Origin: Nemertoderma westbladi
Lineage: Eukaryota > Animalia > Xenacoelomorpha
Length of the DNA: 64,000 bases
Direction of reading: 5' to 3'
Assembly (NCBI GenBank): GCA_032718475.1
Contig: JAUCBJ010008047.1
Coordinates: forward strand, 8,498-72,497
In this document: piece after piece, positions 12,323 to 24,600 of the stretch
Layout: each line of letters begins with the position of its first letter
Numbering within the stretch: position 1 is the first letter of the stretch
Notes under the pieces: generated by a model
Told to the model about the DNA's origin: nothing
Database searches by the model: none
Seen by the model: only the letters and a program-made list of their open reading frames with translations
Program-made: the position numbers and the translations under genes

Positions 12323-12780
12323 AGACTAGACTACGTGACCAAGATAATTTGAAATTTTCGAGTGACTATTTTTAAACTTCAATAACTCCGGTTCTACGGG
12401 GCCGTTTGATCTGAAACTTTTTTCATTGGATAGAGGATAGATTGTAGTGTGCGAAATAGGAAACAAATTGGGAAAAGACGCATGTGCACTTAGTGCAAAA
12501 TTCACTTAAAAAGTGAACATTTTTTCGATATTTCAAACACTATTATGTCCAGTTCTATTCGTCGTAGAATGTTATTTTTAATTTTTAGAATTAAAATGTA
12601 GTTTGGAGTGATTTCTAACTATAATCTTATCATTTGTTTAACTTTTTATGTCTATAAAGTGACTTAAAATGTCCATGAATATGGTCCAAATTCGCAAATG
12701 TCGAGATTTATTAAATTGGATTTTTGACACTTTTAGCGACTGACACTTGATCCTACACCATCGTAGATCGGTAGAGGATA
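12323..12780. repeat. Interspersed repeat, copy 2
   Basis: Matches 9389-9826 and abuts the truncated CRE-like fragment at 12781. Confidence 0.7.
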
Positions 12781-13830
12781 AGGCTTTGCAGGACATTGCT
12801 TTTGCCGTGAGGACCAGCCAGTGCATAATCTTGTACTTTGGTAGCCTCATGGAGTGAATAAGCATGGTGGACAGCCCATGATTTTCTTGAGACGCATCTT
12901 AAAGGACACTGGCCTTGAAGATGCGGATGATCTAGCAAATGTCATGGTTGTCACAGTTGGTGATCAAACTCTGTCAGTAAAACTGACTCATCTGCGGGTT
13001 TCGCAGCGGGGTGTTTTTCATGCAGGACATCGCGGACTACCTTTGTTACCCCGTCCTTGTCGGTAAACGTCTCGTCCAGGCGGAGCGGTTTGCCTCTAGT
13101 CAGGTCGCGGAGACATCGCGTCGCCGCAGACACATTCCCTGTCAACATTTGTCTGATGAACGTTTTCTGGCGCATAACCTCCTGTGAATCGAATTGTCTT
13201 TGGAAGATGCGACTGAATCGCCCGGGCCTCAATAAGTAGCTCATTGAAATTACCCGCTTTCCAAGATTCTAGTCTACGTTCTAGAATTCGTCTGTGTATG
13301 GCCGTCGTTGATGAACGTCCAGGCTTCTGAAGCAACAGCGCCGGCATCAACAACAATGCAGTAAGAGAAACTTCCTGCAGCATGTTGTTGGTGGTGGCTA
13401 GAATCAAGATTCGACACATTTCCTCAACGAAAGCCCGCCCCCCAGCCCCCTGAGGCACTAGGAATAGGTTGGGCCGCCAGTGAACTATAACACCATAAGC
13501 ATCCGCGATAGACTTTTCGATATGCTGTTTGGGTAATTTAACATGTGCCCAGGTAACCTCTGTTGAACCGGTGACATGAGAAGGCCCTGCTAGCGGCGCT
13601 GGCCCCACTGATGAACCGGTTGGGGGAACCAAGGGGCTAATCCCAGACGCCTAGACGTTTAACCACCGTTTGCGCAGTTTCCGTTCCTCCTGGGAGCACA
13701 ACTCGAACACTGCTGACCCTCTATGGCACAGACGCATCTCTTGCAGCGGCGCCCCGACTTGGAGTTGCTACAGCCGCAACAAACCATTCCAAAAAACCCC
13801 ACGTGAATCCCCAAACGAACCCGAAATCTA
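12781..13830 (-). pseudogene. 5' fragment of a CRE-like non-LTR retrotransposon (truncated before RT)
   Basis: ATG at 13787 opens a Cys-rich segment (MVCCGCSNSKSGRRCKRCVCAIEGQQCSSC). It is followed by IVHWRPNLFLVPQGAGGRAFVEE...MPALLLQKP...LERRLESWKAG and MLTGNVSAA...VRDVLHEKHP, which are pre-RT blocks I recognise from animal CRE-type elements. Confidence 0.7.
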
Positions 13831-15235
13831 GTGGCGTCAGAAAGTCTGACAGTCAGACATCAATTCCGTTATGTTGTAGGCTTAGGGACTGGTACTGGTG
13901 TACTCTTGATCGCGAAGTTCTATTGTAAAGCTACATTACTGTTACAAAGCTGTATTGGCTTATTGAATGATATACTGTACTTTACATATCGTGGCAAGTA
14001 CTTGTTAAGAAGATAGCAAGTAGACTTTACAATTACTTAGTATGTGTAGCAGGGATTTTCAACAGGTTAGTACAACAATCCACCACATATAGGGTTATAT
14101 CAGATATGTGTCAGCTAATTTGGTTTTTTGCTTGTTGTTGTTGATTATTGGACCTACTTGACAGTTTATAAGTCAACATTAAATCTCTGCTACTTGCTAT
14201 AAAATGGCGGGACTTGATTGGCTACAATTTGGACTAAGCGGGATTGCAGGATTAAGTGGAATACTGTAGAATTATCTCTCTTCGATATCTTCGATAAATT
14301 CGAATTATATTTGTTATTTTGAATTACTTTGTTATTACCAAAATTCACAGTGTATTATATATTTTATATTTCCCTATTGGCCATTCAAAATAGGCCTACA
14401 TTTTACAATCATTCAATAGGTCTTTACTTTTACTTGGAGAACAAAGTTTCGATGAATTTAAATAACAAATTTCCTAATTGGCATGGCCGCTTTGAATTAC
14501 AGTATTATACAATGCTTTAATTTTTTCTCACCTCAAGTACATTAATCTTCTCTTCAAATTCTGAAGCTTCCTCCAAATGGTACTCCCCAAGTATTACCTG
14601 AACTGACCTGTTATGATAATAATTATAATTAATTTCACATAAACATACTGTAGTTTAGTTTTTAAAGTTTGTAAAGTATTGTATGTTTTTTGTTGGATAT
14701 TAGCTTTTGAGAATTAGTTTAGGTAAATAAATTTCGTCCATTTATACGAGATTTCTCTATGCATTATTACTTAGATACTGCGCAAGGATTCTGCTCATTA
14801 TATATACTCTGCAGTTTTCTAACTATGGAAATAATCTAATGCAACTCTCACAAATAGATGCGAGATGATAGTCCTGGAGATAACTATTGTGTCGTCGTTC
14901 ATCTGAATTTAAATATGTTTCAACCCCCAAAGATCTCACCACACCCCAATTGAGATGGGTGAACAATATGATATATACACGGGTCGGAGCACCAACACAA
15001 GACAGACTTACTGTGGGTACAGTACTTTATCTGTCAGCCAATTTATGAATATAGCGATGCTTCACTTACAGCAGGACTCATTATTATGTGCTTTAGTGAA
15101 GTCCTATCACCAATTCTGTGATCTGCCCAGCAGTATTTTTTCTGTTTTGAGGATAATCGGAATTGTGAATTGTTTCTGCAGCTGCTGCCTTAACTTCCTT
15201 TGTAAAGAAAGCCCTTACTCACACAGTGATCTACT

Positions 15236-17120
15236 CGGCACTTAAATGCCAAAACCGTCTATCTCATTTTTACATAGTTTTGAGAAAAACGCAAAATACA
15301 TTCCAGGCCTGTTATTTGAATCCTGATTGGAGGAAATCCTGTGAAATGATGTCATTAGGTAATTAATAGTCATATAATTCTCTGAACAGAATATTTTTAA
15401 CTGAAACTCATATCTACATAGTGTAATGTGAGATATAGCGTATTTGCTTTTATGTTTTCATAGACATTTGTATGCCAAAACCGTGTATCTCAGAGATAGT
15501 CAAGGAAGGACCCCTTGGAAATAAGCTGCAAAGCTTTAGGGGTAATCCTATATGTTATGTTGGACAATACCTTTATACCGGTACATTGTTTGGTGAATTT
15601 GTTATTGTTTTTACACAATGTATAAATAAATCTATCTATCTATTAGTCTGTTTTGGCGTGTATAAATTTGTTGTTTAACCTGAAGTTCTAGGCATTCTTA
15701 CATGCCAAAACAGACTATCTCAGATATAAACCCTATGTTGTCCGGCTTTTTTAATACGTAATTGGTTAGAAAACGAAAATATGTTGTGTTTGGTTTGATT
15801 ATTCCGAAGGTATATGGGTTTTCGAGGTCTCTGATAACGATGAAACTTCTTAATAATATTTCTCGTACGTCAAACGTCATTTTTGGGGCCATTCTGATAC
15901 CCCAAGATGAAAAGTAGAAGTAGCAAAAATTTCATACGGTTAAATTTTGCCTTTGTTTGGGTAATAATGGTTTTCAAGGTCGCTGATCATGATACAACTA
16001 CTCGTTAAAAATCTTTAGTGGTAATAAAACTTTCGTTTTTAGTGCTTCTCTTGCGGGACGAAAAATGCAACTGTAGCATAAAATTTACAAATGCCAAAAA
16101 ATGAATTTAGTTGGATAATATGATATTTTTGAGTCTCATATTCGTGATCAGCGTCTCAGAAACCCCCATGAAATTTAGTAATAATTTTTATTAACAAATT
16201 TGTTCTATATTTATATTTTTCGTGCCGCACATTGACACATTTCTAAAAATGCCATAATCATCAAGGTACGATATATTTCATATATTCGTGATCAGCACTC
16301 CAAAAAAAATCAAAAATTTAAATAAAGGTCATAAAATTGGCTTGATTTTATGCTGATTTTTCATCATCATGTCATTACTCATCATCATTACTACTTGTTT
16401 TTTCGTGCCCCAGGGGGCACATTCAAAATTACAAAAAAAATTCTCGAAGATTATATTTGAGTTCTACAATCGTCATCAACATCCAAAAAACGCGATCGAC
16501 CGCAAATAAATTTATTTTAGTTAGTCATAAAAACTTTTGAAAATTTTAGCACGAGAATGCTGGAGATGGGTGTCAGAAAGTTACCATGGCACGAAAACTA
16601 ACATACTGTAGCTATATAAATGGCGTTTGCGATGTTGGATAGCACATTAAATTTTAGGAAACTAGTAAAGTAAAACTAGGTACTAGTAAAAGCATAATTG
16701 TAGGCTATAAGGCAAGTTTAGCGTCATTATTGTATTGTACATAGATCATAGAGATAGACTGTTTTGGCAAATACAAATGAATAATTATTCGATATTGAAT
16801 CCAACGGAATATAAGTAGACAGAATACACAGATATGAAAGAATACACAGATAGACGGTTTCGGCATAAAGGAAACTATAAATCCAAACTTAATGTTTAAT
16901 CCCAAATCAATCTAAGTAAGGATAGATGGTTTTGGGATTTACTATTATTGACAGATGTTGAGATAGACGGTTTTGGCAAAAATATATCTCCTTAGTACTT
17001 CATAATTACGTCTTAAGACTTGGCTAGAAAGATGCGCCTCGTTTTTCTGATTCCAAATATATTATGCATATGTAATTTTTCAAAAAAATTGAGTTAGACG
17101 GTTTTGGCATGTAAGGGCCG
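15236..17120. mobile_element. Non-autonomous TIR DNA transposon with a 4-bp TSD (possibly Sola-like)
   Basis: TIRs CGGCACTTAAATGCCAAAACCGTCTATCTCA / TGAGTTAGACGGTTTTGGCATGTAAGGGCCG; TSD TACT at 15232-15235 and 17121-17124; internal copies of ATGCCAAAAC oriented towards each end. Confidence 0.8.
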
Positions 17121-17141
17121 TACTGCCTCAGTGGCAAGGGC

Positions 17142-18328
17142 TGTACGCGCTTTTGAAGACCTTTAGCAGTTTAACCTGCCAAAATTTATATGTCTTTTGG
17201 TTTATAAATAGACTTTAGCATATGACAAGTATTTAATACCAATAAACACAACATTAGCCGAAGCCAGCCTAGTGCGCGTCCATTCACCCGCTGGATATAC
17301 CCGGGAGACTGGATTCGGAGGGCTTAGATTGTTATTGCAGTGTAAGCTTACTGTATTATTCGATTGATCGTTAATAAATAATTTCTGACAAATATTATTC
17401 ACTTTCGGGAAATATTAACAGTTCCTTTAGGACGTGGCGCTCTATCTAGGTAAACAGAACTATGACTTATACTAAACACAACGGTAAGACGGTAAGGCTT
17501 ATGATTCACGTATGAGGCGCATTCTTTAGGAAATACTTAGTTATCAGCCACAATCATGCACACTACCGGTACCGCACAATACTGCACACTAATCTGCCGA
17601 CTGTCAATGAATTTTATCATACATAAAGAGAACAGCAATTGACTCATGTAGTGCTTATCAAATAGCATTAAATTCACTACAAACCACGATAATATAAGTC
17701 GCAATCGCTATATGTAACCTGTCTCTCTAACCTGTAGTGTATCAAGAAAATTGGGAAATTTGGGTTATTTATCGATGTTCTCCAAGTAATAATATTCAAC
17801 CAACTGATACAAATAATGACAACAGCAAATAGCAGTATAATAATGTATGTTGAACCGATAATGTAAGACTGAACTGATTGGGTTGTTAAGATAACAGTTA
17901 TACGTTCTATAATCTAAGCCTACTAATGTTTCTTCTAAAGTCTGAAACGAATTGACTCTAGAGCCGGTGTTCTTGGCCTAGATAGAAACAACAAAAACTA
18001 TAACACAGAAAACTATAAGACTGAACACTCCTAGCACGATCTGTAGAATATCTCCACATCGACAGTAAAAATCGCCCTGATTGGCTGTTAAGCTAAACAA
18101 AGAACCATGTGTCCAACGGCCGTTTCCATGCCAGCAACCAGCTGTTAGATGTCGTAATCTGAATCATCAAGGCTACACTGTGCTAGAGGATTTGACGCAT
18201 TGCGGGTTTTGTGCCTTGCCATGTCCGCCAAAGCACACATATAGACGAATGACTTTTATGTCCGTTAAAACACCTACAACGGTACTTTGCGGGCAAGGGG
18301 ACTGATTATATCCGCAAAAGCTTTTACA
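17142..18328 (-). repeat. 3' LTR of element A (1187 bp)
   Basis: Direct repeat of 32065-33250; only about 5 differences seen by eye. Confidence 0.97.
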
Positions 18329-18406
18329 CCGCTCCCAGAAAATGGGATTCAAGTCTATAAATATACAAAAATCACAGTTTCTAATATACGTAAATACTCT
18401 AAACAG

Positions 18407-19999
18407 TTAGTCTTTCTTGCGCGGACGGCGTTTACGCAGTTTTTTAAAGCTGGCCAGAGTCTTTTTCTCTTTGGGGCGAGCCACTTTACAAGGAGGGCTA
18501 TAACTCCTGGGTGAAGGGTGCAATATGATTGCATCAGAGGGTGTAGGATTATGGTCGGTGTATCTGCCAGTCGAAGTGCCGGGTTGATTGACATCAACGT
18601 CGGGGGAGAGGGGTCTAACGGCCTTGAGAGCGCGTTTTAGAATGGCCGCTCTTACGGGTCCTTTACGAGTGGTCTGAACGAGAGCCGTGGGTGGACCATA
18701 GGCAGTCAGAAACTACCTGGGTTTAATGGTTCTTTCCAACTCGCGTTCGCGGGCTCGGTATTCATAAGGCCGTCGATATACTTCCTGTAACTCGGGGTGT
18801 GAGTTAACAAATAAGTCTCCATAGTCCGGATCCTGACGGATAAAATTGATTAGGTTATATGAATGAAGGTCGCTAGGATTAACACTCCTGAGAAATTTGC
18901 GTACGAATTTGGTTGAAATACATTCTCCGACGCGCTTCAGCAGTTCGTAACTCGATATGCGTGATTTCTGTTCGACAGAAGCGAATAGATAAGGATGGAA
19001 CGCATAAACTCCTTCGTAAGCGCGTCCAGGATAATAGCGATGGCGCGAATCACAATGTAAATCAGCGTTCGCTTCCCAAGCTCTGATGTAACGTAGTATG
19101 ATCATTTCATCTACGCTTTCCAAATCGTGATTAAAAGGGCAATTGAAACTGGCGTGTCCCTTTAGTTGACAATGGTGACATTGAGTCATAAATTGAGGGC
19201 AAACCGCAAAAAGGTGCAAGTTATTGAGTCTGCAATACGCGCAATAAATTTCCATCGCCGGTTGTTCGTGGAAATAGGAACAGCGGACGTTTGTGTCCTT
19301 CAGTTTGTTGGTTGGGTCTAGGGCATTCGTCACAATAACACCAAAGACGTACGTCCTGTAGAGGAAACGCGGGTGATCGTTCTCCAGTTTTGCAATATTC
19401 TTCCATTTGTTCAAAACTATCCGGGATAACAGGTAGTGGACGATCGGCGGTAAGATACATCATAGTGAAATAGAGCCGTTTGAGTTCTACCATGGGGTCA
19501 TGATGTATACCTTGAGGATATAGAGTCTCGAGGTTCTGCTGACTGGCGATGTTGAGATAGGTTTCTCCCAAAATTCCAGGTAGTCGTTGAAGTCGATGCG
19601 TTTATCCGGTTCTTCAACGTTTTCTCTTTCCAGTCTGTTACGAATAGAATTTTCGTGTTCTATTCTCGGTTTATCGTTACGACTCCGCTGGGTATGATAT
19701 TTAAATAGAACCATTTCCCTTTCGGTGTCTACATCGTCCGTATCATGTAAATCGATAGGATGGCCGGTAGTTAAGAAGTCCATATACGTACCATTACGAT
19801 GTGTATAGCGAGCGGTGAATTTTCGATAGTCCAATTCACGCGTAAGTTGCTCTTGGGACATCGGCGGTTCGATATAATGACCATCGTCCTCCGTAATGGT
19901 TGGATCGGCTTCACCGCGTATCAAGCTATCCACAAATGCTTGTAAAGGTAGAGTATATCGCTCCCTGATACCAAGATCATCTTCTATCAACTCCGTCAT
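18407..19999 (-). pseudogene. Accessory ORF3 of element A (zinc-knuckle protein, disrupted)
   Basis: Pieces 19487-19999, 19221-19571 and 18713-19414, plus an in-frame continuation past the TAG at 18713-18715 to the TAA at 18407-18409 (KKLRKRRPRKKD*). Knuckles CAYCRLNNLHLFAVC and CHHCQLKGHASFNC. Homologous to B 49207-51215. Confidence 0.8.
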
Positions 20000-21618
20000 A
20001 TCTGTTATCTGAGTTTATTAATATCGAAATGAGTTTATGTTTAGGCTAGCGGGCGTCGCTGCCTACCTCTCGTTGCCCCCGGACAGTGAGATTCTCAGCG
20101 CCGATGTACCGTCGTCGCGGTGTTTACGCCAACATGTAGCAACAGCACGAAAACGATAACAGGCACAAGTCACTCCACTGTCCGTCCCAAAGGCTTGGAT
20201 CCACTTTAGGTTCTTTCTATAGGAGAGTTGGGCTACTTTTACAATTGCGATTAGCTACTGTAAACATACTTTAGCAGTAACATTCACCTATAAACGCACA
20301 AATTCCCACACAACTGTCACCAATTGTACACATACAGGCCATTTGTCCGTTAGTCAGTGCCTTCCAGAATGTCACGTTATTACTGTGTATCCTTGGATAC
20401 TAACAGTGTGCTATGTATTCTCTATGCTATGCAATGGGACAAGCTTTCTATTGTTCTTTTAACTTGCTTCTAATTCTAGCGTGGGTGTTGCTATGGTGAC
20501 ATTATGGAAAGCTAGCGGTAGAATTAGGGTAATTCTCATGCACACAGATCTGGAATGCTATTTAATAGTAATTCTTTAATTGTCAATATCCTCCTTATGT
20601 ATGATTTTATTAATTTTATCGGCTATTGACTATATGTTGGAGATTCTCGCACTCTAATACACTCAATAGGATGAATCTCCGCTCCCATGATCTATTAATT
20701 AATGGAATTTTGGGAATGTTATAAATTGCACAAATGACAATTTATGAAATTCATTTAAGATATGAATTTAAATTTATTCCCGTGAATTTTATTATTTGAT
20801 GGTAAAATTGACACAATTTTGTTCCAGAGCATGTCTGGGGACCTAGGATCCTTAATTCTGTAAAATTGTCTTTTAAGAGTATCGGTAAGTGCTGCAATAT
20901 CTTAATTGACTAGAAATTTTAAAGGATCTGAATTTTATAGATTTTAATAAATATTAAATTATAAATTTAAGATGGGCACCGATTTATTCCAGAACTTGTC
21001 TGGGGACGTTAACCACTGATTCTAGAATTTGTCTTTTAAGTATATCGGTGGGTGCCGCGATATCTTAATCGACTAGAATTACAGATGGTCAAAAGGTTTA
21101 ACAGATTTATTTGCGTTTTACGCTACTGTTATAGGGACATCACGCTACTATAGGTATTATTTAATATAAAGTAGAAGAGCAATATCGCACGAAGCAATGT
21201 CAGTGTGAAGAGGCAAGTCGTTTCCAAGGTCTACCCAGAGCTTGGTTTAGCCGAGACACGAGGATCTGAACTTTGCATTCCTAATACTCTGCCTACCAAT
21301 AATACTTAAATATAGTAGGAGCTTTATTGTACTTTAATAAGTACTGACATGTCATCTTACTGTAGTCTCGTATTTATAATATAATACGGACAGTAAAGAA
21401 AAGAAAGAATTATTTCTCGCCGTCATATTAAATATATATTATATGTAATTACGTAATAAACACTAATATATTGCACTAACCTACTAAATAATCTAAAATA
21501 ACATTCTACTAAATAAAATTAAATAAAACGATTGTAATAAAGTACATAATAACGTTCACATATAAAAATATAATAAAAATAGATAGAATAATATAGTCAT
21601 GTACCCACTCCAGACGTA

Positions 21619-24600
21619 TCACGTTGGGGAGTCCCTAGATGTTTGAGGAATTAGGGAGGTGGTCGTGGGAAGAGTGTCTTGCCTTCCATAGTTTCCGGAG
21701 AGTTCTCTGTCTCTTTCCAGTAAACATAAACGACCCACTGGGCGGTTGAGCTGTTGCGTCTCAAAGATTATGCCTGGCTTCTTGAAGTTACGCCGCATGA
21801 CGACGAGTTCTACCGAGCGCACTAAACCATCATCCGAGATGTGAGTCTCGATGATACGACCTGTCTGCCACCGTTTACGTGGAAGGTCTGAATCTACAAT
21901 AAGCACCATATCTCCGGCGCTGACGTTTTCTTGCTGCGCAAACCACTTAGTTCGAAGTTGTAGCGTGGGCAGATAATGTTTCTCGAAATGGTCAGCGAAC
22001 GACGGGATAGCAACTGCATAAGTTGCCAAGTTCGACGGCAGTATTCGTCTCCGTCGGCAATCTCCGATCGTGGGAGCATGGCTACAGGTTTCTTCAGTAG
22101 GAAGTGCGCGGGTGTTAACGCTTCCAGGGAATCGGGACTCGATGAGACTGGGATAAGCGGTCTCTCGTTGAGATAGGCAGCTATTTCTTCCATTAACGTC
22201 CGCAAAAGTTCGTCGGTGAGATACGCGCGGCATGGCACTATAAAGTGAAATGCGGTCTTGACACTTCTAATTAATCTCTCCCAACTTCCTCCCCACCAAG
22301 GGGCGTCGGCGGCGTTGAAGGTCCAGCTAGACGCTGTTATCCTTAGCTGATCGTCCACCTGTCTTTGGTTCCAGTCCTTCACGTAAGCCTGGATTTCGTT
22401 GTTGGCACCAATGAAGTTCGTTCCCTTATCCGATCTCATGGTATTACTAGTCCCGAAGCGAGCGATCTGTCGGCGTAAACTTAATACGAAGCTGTTGGTA
22501 GATAGATCGTTCACCATATCGAGATGGATGGCTCTACAAGTCATGCATACGAAGATGACACACCATCTCTTGACTATAGTCCTAGCACGATATACTTCAA
22601 TAGGGCCAAATAAATCTACACCAGTATTAGTAAAAGGTGGTTCATAGAAGCTTACTCGTTCCCTAGGTAATTCTGCCTCTCGCTGTGTTAAAGGCCTACT
22701 GAATGCTTTCCTACAGGGTATGCAGTTCCTAAGAACTTGGTTCAGAGCTCTACGGGGTTTATCAAAATAATAGCGAGTTCGAATTTCGCTAAGAACTCGT
22801 TCTCTACCAGCATGATAAAGTTTACTGTGAACATCTACAATCATCTTGATTTGTACTTCAAGATTTCTAATGAGTATGGGGAATTTAGTGTCAAAGGATA
22901 ATGGCGCATTGGTGAGCCTTCCTCCAACACGTATTAACCCATCTATCATTGTGCTAGAGAAGCGATCCCTTAAGCGCATCTGCGGATTTCTCAACAACAG
23001 GAAATACTTATCGGAATCCTCATAGCATTGCAGGAGCCTCAGTATCTGCTTATTGGTTTCTTCATGCTCCTGGTAACTGATTTTCTCCTTTAGAAACCGG
23101 TCGGATGTCTTATATTTGGGTAAATTTTTAATAACATGAACTTGCGCAGATGTCAATGGAGCGGTATCACTAATGGTCTTCGTCCTGGAGTAGTGATGAT
23201 GAAAACATCGCCTTAAATATGTGACGGCTTTACAGAGCCGATTCCAGGAACTGTAGTGATGCATTGCTCTCTGCAGCAGGGGTGAGATTCCTTGCGAGAC
23301 GTCTGGTGTTCCAGATTTCCAATCTCTATCTCTAATTTCCACAACAGACTTATTTGTGGCGAGGGATTGTGGATCCGAAGCATCGTTTCCGGAAGTATGT
23401 AATACAGATAGATCGATCGTTGGTTTAAATAACTTCGATTTACTCGCCCGGGTTTTAGGTTTGACTTTCTCCGCTCCCTTGGCTTGTCTAATCTCCGCCG
23501 TAGTAAGGTGAGGAGGCCATTCATCCTCTTCCTTACTCAGGAAGTCGGGTCCACCCAACCAGTCTGGAGTATCTATCAGTTCCTGTGGAGTCGCTCCCCT
23601 GGAGGCGATATCGGCTGGATTAATCGTACCAGGGCAATGTCTCCATTGATCTATCTTTGTGCAACTAAGAATAATAGCTACTCTGTTAGTAACAAAAACG
23701 CTGAACTGACAGACTTCATTGGTTATATACTCCAACACGAGTAAAGCGTCGGTCCAATAAACAGTTTCCTCCAGTGGATAGTCGATTTGTTCTGTTACGT
23801 TCCGGCCGATGGCTGTAGCGTATAAAGCCGCTTTTAACTCCGCTCGAGGAACCTTTAACTTGTTGTTAATCAATGCCTTAGAGGTAACCAAGGCGACTTT
23901 GATTCCATCCGGAGTTTCGACTCGCAGATATGCTACTATACCTATTCCCATGTCGCTGGCGTCTCCAAACACATGGAGTTGATAGGAATACGTAGGAAGA
24001 ACATGACCAAAATATGCACGGGAAATTACAAAGCTCTTGATGGCAGGTAGAGAATCTTCCCATTTCATCCACTTCTTTAACAGTTCTCCCTTAAGTGGAT
24101 CGTCCCATGAGTGGTTTTCAAGCCACATTTGTTGTACTAAACTCCGAGCAATCAATATAACTGGGCTAATAAATCCCAATGGGTCGAAATAAGTGCTCAG
24201 GATACTTTAACAAATCCGCTTGGTCCGAACTGGATTATCTCGCTGCTTTAGCTGAAAAAACAGGATATCTCTTTCTGTGTCCCACTTCAAGCCAAGCGTC
24301 TTGGTTTCTGGAAGATCGTCCTTTATTAAGTCTAGGTCTTTCGTTCCTCGGTCTTCTACCGGTATCGCTTCCAGAAACTCACGGGAGTTGCTGGTGAATT
24401 TCGTCAGTCGAAATCCACCTCTTTTCAAACACTCTACCGTTCCTTTTGTGACATCAATGGCTTCTTCTACTGATGGAAGGGACTTTAAATTGTCGTCCAT
24501 GTATATATCGCGCTTGATGTTGTCTATCACCTCTTTGGAGAAGGCGTCTCGGTTGTCATTCGCAGTGGTCCGCACCACGGAGCAGGCGTTGGAAGGGCTT

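Noticed and set aside
14955-15245. Possible host exon split by the MITE and element A
   Set aside because: The reconstructed empty site gives only short open frames with no recognisable product.
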